Source: Eledone cirrhosa (Eukaryota). Taken from it: DNA of 64,000 bases. The notes beneath the pieces are model-generated. The model was not told where the DNA came from, made no database searches, and saw only the letters and a list, made by a program, of their open reading frames with translations. Below are positions 13,791-27,002 of this stretch, one piece after another; the first letter of the stretch is position 1, and every line of letters begins with the position of its first letter. The position numbers were made by a program, and so were the translations under genes. Location of the stretch: the NCBI GenBank assembly GCA_964016885.1, contig OZ024741.1:298902001-298966000 (forward strand), read 5' to 3'.

Positions 13791-14283
13791 TGTTGAATAT
13801 ATAACATATTAATAACGAATTTTCTAACAAGTTTCGTATTTCAATCATCATTATCATGATAATTAACTCTCCTCTTTCTTTTCACACTCTCACCACTATA
13901 TTTCATCACCTTGTTTATGATGGTGGTTAAATCTAAAAATGCAGTTAATTGAAAGAAAATTAGCAAATAAACATAACAAAAACAAAAATAAAAAATTTCA
14001 AAGGTAAATTTCAAATTGTAGCGTAAATTATCAGAGCAATTAAAAATATAAATTAAAGCTTCCATCTATTTCAAGTACTTGGAATTAAATTTAAAAAAAA
14101 TATATTTTCACAACGAAACATAACTAGTTTACTCCTTAATTAAGAAATGTGCAATATTTATTTCTTAATGTCAATATTATTTAGTACACAAGCAAGGTGA
14201 ACAGTATGGATTAGATATTATTTCACACATGCATCCACGCAGATGAACACGCACGCACACACACACACACAAACACACACACA

Positions 14284-14326
<43 letters not shown>

Positions 14327-14544
14327 AAACCACACACAACCATGAGCACGTTCACACACTACAACTTACACAAACATTTATGTTTGATAACACTGCCATT
14401 CCATGAAAGCTGACTAAATTCAAGAAGAAATGATCTTTGTATATCAAGGAGGTAGGTTAAGAAATTCAATTTCAAAATTGGAGGAGAGCAGGTCTCAGTG
14501 ATCAGAGAGAGGCTGTTAACAAATATTGTCAATTTCCACGTAGT

Positions 14545-14740
14545 ACTACAAGACCAACAATTTTGTAGGAAGGAAAATGTCGGTTATACCAACTTTACCG
14601 ATACTTTATTTTATCGAGCGCGGAAGGATGAAAGGCAACGTTGACTTCAGCGGGATCTGAATACAGAACGTAAAACGTCGTAATTAAATACCGAAAGTCA
14701 TTTTGTCTGACGTTCTATCGATACTGCCAATCCACCACCC
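14545..14740 (-). mobile_element. Diverged SINE
   Basis: ttatcgagcgcggaaggatgaaaggcaacgttgac...gatactgccaatccacc. Confidence 0.75.
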
Positions 14741-15485
14741 ACCAGTACGCTCAAGTGATGCCAAAATAGAAACAAAGACAAACAGAGCTGTTGTCAAATG
14801 CAATTTTGAATAGAAGGTCATAGTATGGAGTTACTAACAAGTTTTTTACCGATGCAGTGTGAAGTTTTATTGATTTGATTTTCGCCTGCAATCTCTAACC
14901 ACACGCATACACATTCTGGAATAGTGTGATACAAAGCAGCACAGTCTTCCAACGAATGTCGACAGTCGCGTGTTAGTATCGATAAAGGAAAATGCTTAAG
15001 TAGGGAGCGACATATCTCGGACAGGGAAGACGACAGAGACTTGTAAAATATTCGGCAACGAAGACAATAGAGAGGTTCAGTGAAAGGGGAGATAAATATC
15101 AATATGTAATTGGTGAAAAAGTACAATTCATAATCAATCAATGTTCTGATAGAATCAGTTACACGATCGATTACATTGTTTGAGTTTTATTAGTGAGTTA
15201 GTCCTTGAAAGCAAATTAGTATTTACCTGGGAAATACATATACAAACCTGCCCTTCTTTATCCCCTTTTCACTTGTTATTTTCGTTACTTACTTTTGTTT
15301 TTATCTCTTTTTTAATATCTCCATCATTGTATAACTTCTGTTTGTAAAATATATTTGACATAAGATGTTTATGTATAGCAGATAACGAAAGAAAATAAAT
15401 ACCTAATTTAGTAATATGACATATAATCACGTGATAACACCCAGCCTATCAAATTATATATTCACACACTTGCATACATATGCAT

Positions 15486-15641
<156 letters not shown>

Positions 15642-16179
15642 GTGTATATATATATATTAGATATCATACATAACAAATTTAGTACGAGACCAATTGACTC
15701 ACTGACGATGATAGAACAATGAAATTGATCGTGTTAGCGATTCCATTTGAACGATGATGAGAATTGTCTTCTTCAATTACATGTCGATATTTATCTACTG
15801 TTTCGCTGAACTTTCTATCTTCACAATCATCTGGCTTATTCCACAGATGATTCACACACTTGCTTTTAACAACACGCACACACATCGACCCTTCCCCCAT
15901 ATAGACATATGCATATGTATGTAAGTAAGTTTGTATGTATTGTTCTTCTGGTTTTATAATTTCACAAATCTTTGCCAATAGAGAGAGACAGTCGGTTCCT
16001 AACATAGATACAAGACTCTCTCATTGGAATTTACACATCAACCATGTAGATATATCTGCATGTCTGCATGCATGCATGTGTGTGCATGTATGGATGTTAT
16101 GGTATATGTGGATGTGGATGTTTTGAGGTATATGTGTGCATGAGTTATATACTTTGTATCTGTACAAGTGTATATGCAG

Positions 16180-17505
16180 TTATTAAATGCATAATTTTGT
16201 GAATGTTTTACATATTTTTACTGTTCCATTTATGGATTGTACTTGTAATTTCCTAACTAGTCGTGTTTTTTGTTTCTGTAAAGCACAGCTTCTCAAGGTT
16301 TGTACTGAGGCAGCCACCAACATATCCCCGTGCCCCAATAATCATAGGCATAAATCTGAAGGTATAGTCAGGGTGGCGTATCTGTAGATTTTTCAGCAGT
16401 TCTGCATACATAATCTTTTCGCTAATTTTTGATATTTTATTGGCATCTGCTGGACAGCTAACCTCCACAACCGTGCATGCCCTCCCTCTCTGTCCCATAT
16501 CATTATATCTGGTTTGTCATGCCGGCATTTTATTGGGGTCTTTACTGGAACATTCTACCTTTTCATATTATGTATATATGTATGTCTTCCACGTTGCTGT
16601 AACTTTTAATGTGTCGGGGTTATATTTTCTACGGATTGCATTGTACATTGTTTTGGCAACTATACCATGTCTCATAGGTAGATAGTACCGTGATGACATC
16701 TTTGGACAGCGGCTTATTACATGGGTGACATCTTCGATTTTAATTCTGCAGAGTCTGCACTTGTTGTCACATCCAGGTATTATGCCTGCATCCCTATCTC
16801 TTTTGTGAATCAGTTATTTCGTGGTGATTTCCTGTTCTTGGATTGCAAAAGCGTATTCTTCAAAGTGGGGGCCAATATAGCGGTTGTTGGTCCAAGATAG
16901 ACTACTTTGTTTATTTATATTACTCACAGTCTGGAGCTTCCTGGCAACATATCCGTGCATGCTTTTTTGCTGATAAGCATGCAGCTTTTCATCTGTGGAT
17001 TCACTGCGGTACTGCTGAGCAATTTCCCTGGGTGTGAGATTTGATTATCATGCAGGGAATATCTTTCCAACTCTCATGATCTTATCTGTCTCATGCAGAT
17101 AGACTTGCTCGATAGATGATGCGACACTCAAATGCTGTCCGGACTGAGGTGTGGCCTCTGCCTCCCTGCTTACGTTTTAAGTAGAGGCGGTCTAAAGTCA
17201 CTGTTGAAGGGTACGTTTCCGGTATTGTTTAGAACTTTTCGAGTTTTAACTGCTTGGATCTCGTCTATCATCCCATAGAGTATTAAAACGCCGGCGTCAG
17301 GACAGGCACAGCAAACACACCGTGAGTCACTGTTTTATTGTGTGCAGAGAGCACAGATGACCATATTTTTCCTCATCGGGTGCAATATTACCTGGTTACG
17401 CGTTCCTTATTACAAATACCATTATAGGATATATTCTCATCTATCGTCAGGTACCTGTAGCAGTCCTCGTCAGATATCGGTGAAACAGCTAGGCCATTGA
17501 CAAAA
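16180..17505 (-). mobile_element. Decayed 3' part of an RLE-type non-LTR retrotransposon (R4/NeSL-like)
   Basis: Minus strand: CRLCRIKIEDVTHVISRCP (CCHC), YYLPMRH, PDI.., VVEVSCPAD, YAELLKNLQ, IIGARG, GTVKICKTF. Frameshifted. Confidence 0.8.
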
Positions 17506-17545
17506 ATGTATGTATGTATCTATGCATGTATGCATGTATGTATGT

Positions 17546-18070
17546 CGCATGGTCGGGTCGTCGGAGACTAAACCGGCAATCCCACCAAGTCAGCAAGGAG
17601 TGTGATTTGGGACACCCTGCAGGACAAAAAACAAAACCTGACAAAGGGCGGAAGAGCTCATAAGAGTTAAAAAATGTGTAAATATGTATATACATGTATA
17701 CATATGTAGGTATATGCGCGGGGCCATAGAAATAATCGAGCTGGATACTCGATCGCGCAGTTAAACCACTGGGAGTGAAGGACATCGAGGCTTTGTCTGG
17801 GCATTATTCTTGGAGAAGGCAACTCAGGAAACTAGGATAACTCCAACATAAAACCTGCGGCTCAGTAGTTACCGATGATGTTGATCTTTTCTTCTTTTCG
17901 GATTATAGCTACTGTCGCTCAGAGAGTGGGATTGGATCAGTGCACAGTCTTTCTTCATTTAAAAAAAATCATCACTCACAGGCATTACACGATAGAATTA
18001 ATTGATATTTATTAATAATGTTATATCGTGCAATGGCCATGCTCGATAACGAGGAGGGTAACACCATCAT
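17546..18070 (+). mobile_element. Non-coding repeat resembling an RTE-type 5'UTR or SINE
   Basis: GC-richer block with aaaccggcaatccc...gggcggaagagc and ggagaaggcaactc motifs; recognition from memory only. Confidence 0.3.
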
Positions 18071-18154
18071 CCTGTACGTATGTATGTATGTATGTATGTA
18101 TGTATGTATGTATGTATGTATGTATGTATGTATGTATGTATGTATGTATGTATA

Positions 18155-18612
18155 TTATCTATTTCTCTTAATTTCGAGTATATTTTTTTGACCGGCCACC
18201 TTCCTGGTGGCAAGGTTGTAAAAGAAAAGAAATTGTCATCCCTTGAATCGCAAGAATGTTTTGCAAATTTTGAAGGTGCCAGCTATCGCAGCCATTTGTA
18301 GACTATGAATTAGGGAGCTGTGCTCTTTGTCCGCAAATCCAAGTTGAGTCATACTTTGGTCCAAGCGGGTTGCTGTATAACCTGTAGCTCCAATAATGAT
18401 GGTTATGAAGCTAAAGGTGTATCTTGAATACTGGATTTGTAAACTCCTCATCAATGGTCCGTAGTTGTCCTCCTTCTCCTGTATTTTTCTGACAACGTTT
18501 ACATCAAGTGGGCAGCTGATCTCGACAACAGAACACGTTTTCAATGTGTGGTCCCAAACAACAATATCAGGCGTGTTGTGCTTTAATTTGGTGGCAGTTT
18601 TTATTTTCAGGT
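18155..18612 (-). mobile_element. 5'-truncated R4/NeSL-like RLE element inserted in a (TATG)n array
   Basis: Open frame KHNTPDIVVWDHTLKTCSVVEISCPLDVNVVRKIQEKEDNY...IIIGATG...GTFKICKTFL (PD-(D/E)xK RLE). (TATG)n on both sides (18077-18152, 18613-18700). Confidence 0.85.
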
Positions 18613-19002
18613 TATGTATGTATGTATGTATGTATGTATGTATGTATGTATGTATGTATGTATGTATGTATGTATGTATGTATGTATGTATGTATGCATG
18701 CATGCATGTATAGGCGCGCACTTCCCACACATTTAATATGTGTATAGGATGCAGATTAGCATGATTAATAGAACTTACATGGTGCTAAGTGAGTACTGAA
18801 ATATGTGTGAAACAAATGAAATGCTTTTCTAGATGGAAAATTAAGTTAGAAATCAGATAAAGATGTATATTTATTTCAGCTTGTCTTGATTATAAAACAA
18901 ACAACTATGATACACGAATTTTAATTATAAAATTGTATATGGTCATATTTTGTCTTTGTTTTATTTAAATTATTTATTAAGTTTTCCTCATTAATTATAT
19001 GT

Positions 19003-19540
19003 ACTAGCAGAAAAACCACCCTCCGGGTCGTTTTCTGCGAGCATGTGTAGTGTGCATATATTATATGCAAATATACATGCATGTAGTTATGATATGTCAA
19101 ATAAAATCGTAATTGACAATATGCACAGAAATTGAAGAGAGACTGTGTTACACTCTCTTCTGTAATCAGTAAAGTAATCCAGGATACATTTAAAAAAGAC
19201 GATATTATATATAAACTGCATTACGGTGAAATGTAATGAAGCCTTATATAACGATGCAAATATATGGATGTTTACAATAGCGATGTAATAAGTGTTATGA
19301 TATAACGGACGCTAACCGGAAGTGTAGACATTTGAGAATTTTAAAAGAAATGAATCTTAAAATAAGCAATCATTATATATAAGAATATTTATGTTTAATC
19401 AACAGCTACGAAATTTAGTAGATAAATCATGTAATATTCATTCATTATTTATTCAAAGTTATCTAGCTCATTTTACTAACGGGAAAATAAAATATATTCG
19501 GGACGCATTCCAGCACTCCTCCCTTTATTATAGTTATGAT
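19003..19540 (+). mobile_element. Possible non-autonomous Helitron/Helentron-like repeat
   Basis: Starts actagcagaaaaaccaccctccgggtcg (short hairpin) and ends ccctttattatagttatgat, resembling invertebrate HINE-type termini. Confidence 0.3.
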
Positions 19541-19928
19541 ATTGAAACAAACGTGGAAGTGCTAAAGAAGGGTTGATCTGTCTGTACAGGAAAGTCAAAA
19601 GTGGACTATAAATGCCTCAGAAGAAAGGGTGGATAGAGCAAGGACTATTAGGCCACAGAAGAAAAATGGCGGGAAAGGGAGAGCATGACAGACACTACGC
19701 CTAGGTCGGCTTGTGAATAAATTGAAGAGGTGGATTATAGAGCCCTCTGAATTACATGCACGACTCGTTCTCTCTAGTTATTTAACTGTACCAACGTAGA
19801 ATAAAATATCAAGGACAAAACGCGCTGGAATCGAACTCGGAATCTTACCATCATGAGCCGAACATGTATCCACTAACCCACGCGGTTTCACATTATGCAA
19901 TTTTAGTGTACATTATTGATATTCTTAC

Positions 19929-20040
19929 CTTGCTTCCAAAAAGGAAAGCCAATGTCACTGTTGTTGTAAGTTGTGAATGTATGAAGACGACAAGATAAAG
20001 CAGATCAGGATTAGATGGGAATGGATCCTGGAAAAATATC
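19929..20040 (-). CDS. GPR158: GPR158/CG31760-like GPCR exon (ECL3-TM7)
   Basis: 112 nt, acceptor tccaaAG, donor GTAAGA. Encodes IFFQDPFPSNPDLLYLVVFIHSQLTTTVTLAFLFGSK. Confidence 0.9.
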
Positions 20041-21415
20041 CTTTGGAATAGAAATAGAATTGAAATAACATATAAGAAAAAAACAAATGAAATGATCAAA
20101 ATAACTTCTTTCTTTCAAAAAGAATATATTCATAGTAAAATTGTAAGTACTAAAATATAATCGGATAGATACTTATTTTTAGATACGTATGTGTGTGATT
20201 GATAGAGAGATAGAGAGGAGTATATGTGGTAGTAGAATAAATAAGTGAAAGAAAAAGTAGAGGAAGGAGAGAGTGTGAAGGTATGAAGACTGAAAAACGG
20301 GAATTGGAAGAGAGAGGGAGAGGGAGGAAGAGAGAGGGAGTTATATGAATAGAGAAGGAGAGAGAGGGAGAGAGTGTAAAGGTATGAAGTCTGGAAAACG
20401 GGAATTGGAGTAGTGAGTGAGAATGGTTGTTAGGGAGTAGAGAAATAAAATAGAGAGGTACCTGTATGCTATATGTTAAAGTTGTCCCTTGGTTGAGTTG
20501 GTCTTTCACCTTTGATTACTCTATATTGATGTCTAACATGAGCATAAAGTCACATGTTTGTGGGTAAGGATATATAATCGATCGTATTGACACCCGGTAC
20601 TTCAGTAGCACTTTTGTTTTCGTTAACGGAAGGATGAAATGCAAAGTCGAACTAGATCGGATTGGAATGCAAAGAAACATATTTCGCCACTGAAATAGGA
20701 TCTTGTATCTCGTAAATAGAGATGACTGGATGAAAATATGAACAGAGAAGGTGCATCTGTCCAAAATGTCCGTCCCTATGGGTATTTTACTCGATTCTCT
20801 CAAGTATTGTTTATAGTGATCAACTGTTATTACAGTTATTTTTTGCATTAGCGTTTCTCACATTTTTAAAATTCATGTCTCCCAGCACTTCGTAAATGAC
20901 CAAAATAATGGACGATATCAGTAGCTGAGAAGATTAGATAATGTACACCCAGAGACGAAAACATGTGTGGATAGTGACAAATGTAACGTAATTCTATACA
21001 AATGACGTTATAACACCCAATAAAGAAAACTAATTTACAATTGGATAGACAGTTTATACCAGTCATGGGCTAACTGCGGCCTGTTTAACAATCTAAATGG
21101 CAGGCCTAATTTCAAAATTGTCTTGCATTTTTAGTAGAGCGGCTCGCCTAATGATGAACCACATCCTATACGGCCCACTGCTCGAAAATAGTTGTTTATA
21201 CCTGGTTTATACGCTTTTATGGATAAGCCACGCCCCGGATGATATGACCAGTCAACCGTGAGCCCTTTTGACTAACAGTCTGGATCAAGCTGCTGAAACG
21301 GCAAAAGCTCAGCCGTCGGGCCCCGACTCTTTCTAATATAACCGTACTCTATTATTCCAAGTATCGAGTACTCTGTTGAATAATGGTCTAACTAGTTTTA
21401 AATTGATTCTATCCT

Positions 21416-21515
<100 letters not shown>

Positions 21516-21680
21516 CACATACATATACGTGTTTTGCAACTGGTCACTTTGCGGCTCAATGAAAAATTAATAAATTAAACAATCAGAGCTATATATCATA
21601 AAACATGTCTATAGAATCACAAGATAAAATATATACCAGTTGCAAAACACGTATATGTATGTGTATGTATATATATATAT

Positions 21681-22241
21681 GTAAACTTTTATATGTAATA
21701 ATCTCCCACTAGGTTGAGATACAAATTTGGCTGTATTGTGCTGTGCTTTCTAGCAAAAATGCCACCAGTCGTAAGCAACTACCACACCCCTTCCAACTTG
21801 ACCGCGACTACGTCACGATTTTTAGCCATTTTGAAATGAATTCTTGGCGCGATCGCTTTGGAAAATTTAATGTCTAGATATGAGCGAGCTTCCTGAAGAA
21901 TCCGGCGCTCGAGTTTATATAATTATTACATAATTATTGGAAAACTCAAAACACGGACGAAACCATGGTAGAGGTATTTAAATGTATTCTATTTTCTCCT
22001 AGTTTATTTTAAACCTAATTCTGTTTAGTTGACTGTATCTAGGCGATTACGCTGTCGAAATATTCGATAAATATTCCGCTACGGCCGACGCGAAGCGCTA
22101 GTTTTGGTTATTTGTCGGAGATTCCTTCATAGAAGCCTCATTCGTATAGCCTGGTCTATTCGATTTTTTATATAGTTAATTATGCTAATTGGGAGAGGAA
22201 ATAGTATATATTTTATCTTATGATTCTATAGACATGTTTTA

Positions 22242-22245
<4 letters not shown>
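21681..22245 (+). mobile_element. Non-coding hammerhead-bearing repeat, family A, copy 1 (preceded by an inverted copy of its 3' end at ~21510-21637)
   Basis: Colinear with 45599-46222; no ORF; contains a hammerhead core. Confidence 0.75.
21888..21975 (+). ncRNA. Type-I hammerhead ribozyme motif (family A)
   Basis: gcttc CTGAAGA atccg...cggac GAAA ccatggTA gaggt: stem I gcttc/gaggt, stem II tccg/cgga, palindromic stem III accatggt. Confidence 0.7.
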
Positions 22246-22291
<46 letters not shown>

Positions 22292-22301
<10 letters not shown>

Positions 22302-22590
22302 AAACCAAAAATCAGTGATGCATCTGAACTCAATTTATTGTGTGTTACAATTGTTTCGCCGGCGGACAGCTCGAGACACGATCATTGAGTGTATCTGTCT
22401 GATTCTGGATCCGCAGATTCAACGGACACGTCTAATGATTTCGGAGCAAATTCTTTCACTCGAACCTGCGGATCCAGAATCAGACAGATCCACACAATGG
22501 TCGTGTCTCGAGCTGTCTGCCGGCAAAACAATTGTAACACATAATAAATTGAGTTCAGATGCATCACTGATTTTTCGTTTTATATTATAT
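22292..22590. mobile_element. MITE/foldback element: ~129-bp inverted arms and ~41-bp spacer, next to (TA)n
   Basis: 22292-22420 is the near-perfect reverse complement of 22462-22590. Confidence 0.85.
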
Positions 22591-22749
22591 CATACTCTGC
22601 TCTGTAAGAACATAGAGTGCTTAACCGGCATACCGCCTATGGAAGCATCTTAGCTACCATCAGACACACACATATATATATATATATATAAATGAAGTCG
22701 GAAAGGTACAGAGAAAAAGAGTGGTCTATGTAACATAAAATGTTATTTA

Positions 22750-22810
22750 TTCATTCTGACGACTGAAGACAGACATAACATCTGCCTTCAAGAAACCACT
22801 GGTAAATGAA
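22750..22810 (+). ncRNA. Type-I hammerhead motif (family B) inside a small inverted-ended element (~22690-22908)
   Basis: ttcatt CTGACGA ctgaagacaga...tctgccttcaa GAAA ccactggTA aatgaa. Confidence 0.7.
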
Positions 22811-23258
22811 ATAATTATCTTATGTTGTTTATTACATAACTAATAAGCTCTGTAGCCTACATAGAGCACTATTTTTTCCTGTACCTTTCCGACGGAAATA
22901 CTTCATTTATTATATATATCATATGTGTGTGTGTATTTATTATATATATCATATGTGTGTGTGTATATATATTTATATATATTTAAAGTTTGTATATCGG
23001 ATAATATACGATATCTTTACGGATAGACATTTGAAATCCATTAGCTATGAATTATATATATATACACGATGGACACTTCCATATATATTTTGTTAACCAA
23101 ATTTCATTCACGCAGCCTCAAATAAACCTTTCGCTATTTATAGGCGAGATTCAGTAAAGAAGTCAATCAGCAGGATCGAACACGAAGCTAAGTGTTTATT
23201 CACAACGTGTGCATTATAATTTGCTTACAGGTAAATAAAAAAGTATTGAAGTACTTAC

Positions 23259-23397
23259 ATGGAAACATTTAAAAATAATGAAAGTAAGGTTTCGTTGTAT
23301 ATGGCCCAGCTTATAAACCGACTTTCGTTGAATTCAGACGGTGCCTTTCGTACAACTATGCATAATCGTACTCCCCAGAGCAGAAAGAGAAGTTCGG
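23259..23397 (-). CDS. GPR158: GPR158/CG31760-like GPCR exon (TM5-ICL3-TM6)
   Basis: 139 nt, acceptor ttaacAG, donor GTAAGT. Encodes ELLFLLWGVRLCIVVRKAPSEFNESRFISWAIYNETLLSLFLNVS, with the class C P..FNES motif. Confidence 0.93.
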
Positions 23398-23991
23398 CTG
23401 TTAAAGATGAAGTAAAGTTAAAGATGAAGTAAGTTGCCATTTGTAATATTGTAATATGACAAAAAAAAAGTATATATATATATCCATCAAAAAGACAAAT
23501 GGTATATTAGTCAAAGAAAGCAATTCACAAACAAGCAAACAGACAAAAACAAACACTACTACAGCATTCATCAAAGACTTAATAGAATTCAAATCTGTTA
23601 TTTACGACACGCTGTCTCCAAATATGTTAATACATTTTTTATATATACAGTCGGTCAATACGGATACAAGAATGGGTTTAATGAACTTATTGCTTCAACA
23701 GCAATGATTGGAGTAGTTTAGTGACAACATTTCCCGTTCTTCGACAAATATTGGAATACATATGTAGATGTAGAAAATGCTAAACAACATGAACAAAATC
23801 AAATCTTATAACTAAAAGTAATATTCAGCTCAGCAAACAACCCCTACCCGACTACATACCAGCATGTATGTATAGATATTATATATATATACACACACAC
23901 ACATATATATAGAGATAGAGATTATTCGGGTTAAGAGATGCAACGCTGAGTGAGCAAGAGAGTAACACAAAGAGCCAATGGTGTGTAAACG

Positions 23992-24051
<60 letters not shown>

Positions 24052-24112
24052 CATAATATACAGACACACACATATATATATATATATCAACACACACCCA
24101 CACACATATATA

Positions 24113-24152
<40 letters not shown>

Positions 24153-25180
24153 TATACATAGATATGTATATATACATATGTGTTTATACGTAGAAAAAGT
24201 GAACGGGTGATGTCTAAGATGCTTTTTATATTGTTATTTTTGTTACAAGTACCATGTAGATATTTCTAATTTATTTTGATGATCAAAAACTTTCTTAGTA
24301 AACAACTATTTCTCTCTCTTACCCCGACAATAAATATATAAATATATAAATAAAAAAAAAACAAGTTAGATAAAAAACGATTTGTCATGTACGGAAACTG
24401 GTTTCTATGTAAGGAGGATGCTTTATACGTTGAGTGTTCAGTAACCTCAATCTTGATTGATTCGTTCTATCTTTCTAACTAATGCTTTAGATCAGAGGGT
24501 ATTTGATATTTTATGTAAGACTATTTTCACTGTTTGTCTAATGCATTATGTTCAGCCGCCGAACTTGTATTACTATGAGATTATCATCGTCTGTCCACTC
24601 CAAATTTGTGTAGTAGGGAAGTGTTTTATAATTGGTGAAATCGACATGGCAACTTTTCCATAATCTATGAACGCACATGTAGTAGTTACGGTGTTCGGCT
24701 GATTGTCATAAAGTCCCCTGTTCGATTCCCGAAAACATTATTTCTCTTTGCTCCAGTCAACACAGATAATAAAGATAAGTTATAGATGTAATTCAAAGAG
24801 TTAGTCATGTGCACATTGAGTCATGCTGAATCTTCTAGAGAATTGTGTTAAGTGTTCACATAACGGTAGACTGCTCAGCCACATGCACGTTAATTTCACG
24901 AGCTGGCTGTTCAATTAATAAAACAACCAGAACTCTCATTGTCGAAACCGTCGAATGTCTAACACATTGTAATCTGCACGAACGAATGGAAAAAGCAATA
25001 CAATTTTCCCCAAACAACATCTTGCAATACGAAAACACATCAAAGCCCTCACAACATATTTTACAACATTGTAACTTTTAAATTCTTTCAACATATTCAG
25101 TCAGATTAAATGTACCAATTCTTACCCAAGGCGCGATAAACTATTAGACAAAAACTATTGTCATTATGATTTTAAAGAAG

Positions 25181-25380
25181 GTGGTGGATTGGCACAAAGG
25201 CGGTGGATTGGCAGTATCGGTAGGACGCCTTGCTTTGTAGTTACATCATAGAGTTACAGCCCTGGTCTGAGTTCAAATCCCGCCGAGGTTAACTTTGCCT
25301 TTCATCCTTACGGGGTCGATAAAATAAAGTACGAGTAATGCACTGGGATAATTGCTGGCATTGTGCCAAAAGTAGAAACA
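25181..25380 (+). mobile_element. SINE with 18-bp TSD and duplicated 5' end
   Basis: TSD attatgattttaaagaag at 25163-25180 and 25381-25398; ggtggattggca occurs twice at the 5' end. Confidence 0.88.
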
Positions 25381-26073
25381 ATTATGATTTTAAAGAAGAT
25401 ACTGGACATATAGCTCTTAATACGAAACGCATTGCTTCCATTGATGTCTTAAAAACCAACATATTATGAAAAATATCTAGATATAAAAAAAAAATATATA
25501 TATATTTCCACACAGCCAGACACATACAACAACAACAACAACAACAACAACAACCACACACACACACATACATATATATATATACGATGAGGTTTCAACT
25601 TGTTTTCGTCCACCAAATGCCAGTCACAAGGCATTGGTGAACACGAAGCTATAGTAGAAGTCACGTGTCAATGTGCCACGAAGTTGAAGTGAACCTGAAA
25701 GCAGGTGAACCCCTAAAACACACAGCTATAGCTGCATCAGCATGCGCACAAACATATGCGTACACACACACGCACACACACGCACACACATACATATCTA
25801 CCACTTTTCCTCTGCTATAAACTTCTTACAGCACCTTCTTCTCACCCGTTTAATTTTCACTCCCACCCTCGTACCTTCAATATGTACAATCTCAAATCTT
25901 TTCTTTCCAATTCCAACCCACCCGTCCCCTCAATCTATCTTATTTCTCATTCTTTCTTCCGATGAAGGAATAGCGTCCTGCTATATCAAACGTTAACCTA
26001 ATATATCCCTTCCATACACTGTATCGATTGTGTTGTTATTTCTGTTTATCTTTTACATATATATATATATATA

Positions 26074-26116
<43 letters not shown>

Positions 26117-26214
26117 GAGTCTTAATGCAAAAAATCACATGAAATGGCAGAAAAGGTAGCCAATACTAATATAGTAGTATAGTTATTAAAAGCAAAATAT
26201 GTTTCACTGCTCAA

Positions 26215-26420
26215 GTAACATTGGTACAAGAACCGCATTTTGTGAGAAGCGGAAAGCCGATTATATCGACCGTAGTAGCTTACTGGTACTCTATTTTACA
26301 GTCCCCGAAAGGGAGAAATGCAAAACTGAGTGGGATTTGAACTCAGAACGTAGAAAGTCGTAACAAAATTCTGCAAAGCATTTTGAACGATGCTCTACCA
26401 ATACTGATAATCCACCGCCT
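26215..26420 (-). mobile_element. Diverged SINE
   Basis: tactggtactctatttt...gggatttgaactcagaacg...aatccaccgcctt. Confidence 0.75.
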
Positions 26421-26737
26421 TCGCAATTCAGGTAATAATAAGTTTATTAATCATCACACACACAGACACGCACGGACACGAAGCCCCACTCACCACATTA
26501 TATGAGACTAAAATGTCTGTTGATTATTTAATTTGAACATTGTCTGGCGTCTTCGTCCAGTAATGCTATGATGCTTGAAGTTGCAAATCTAATAAATACG
26601 CACCATGTATCTGTTTATCTATATATTTATTTCTCTTGCTATCTATTTTTGTTTCCCTCTCATCTTTCTCACTCGTATGACTTTACCAACAAATCCTATA
26701 TTCCTGCTACTTACAGATGATCTGCTGTTGTGCTGAG

Positions 26738-26821
<84 letters not shown>

Positions 26822-27002
26822 GTGTAATAGAATACGATTTTCCTGACCGACATAGACATATAGCTAGAGGTAAAGAGACAGAGGAAGAGAGAGGGAGGAA
26901 GGGAGCGAGAGAGAAATATAATGTACCTTGCAATACGTAATAGAAGGATTTCTAATGTAGATCTCTCTTCTAGTCTAGATTTTTAATCTCTAGATCTATC
27001 TT

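Noticed and set aside
12926-13857. Long overlapping minus-strand ORFs (226, 189 and 113 aa)
   Set aside because: Artefact of a pyrimidine-rich low-complexity strand that lacks stop codons; no domain signature
25955-26000. Degenerate hammerhead-like motifs here and at ~4000-4030, ~41350-41415 and ~61575-61640
   Set aside because: Core nucleotides are mutated (CCGATGA, missing GAAA) or stems are unconvincing; not counted as ribozymes
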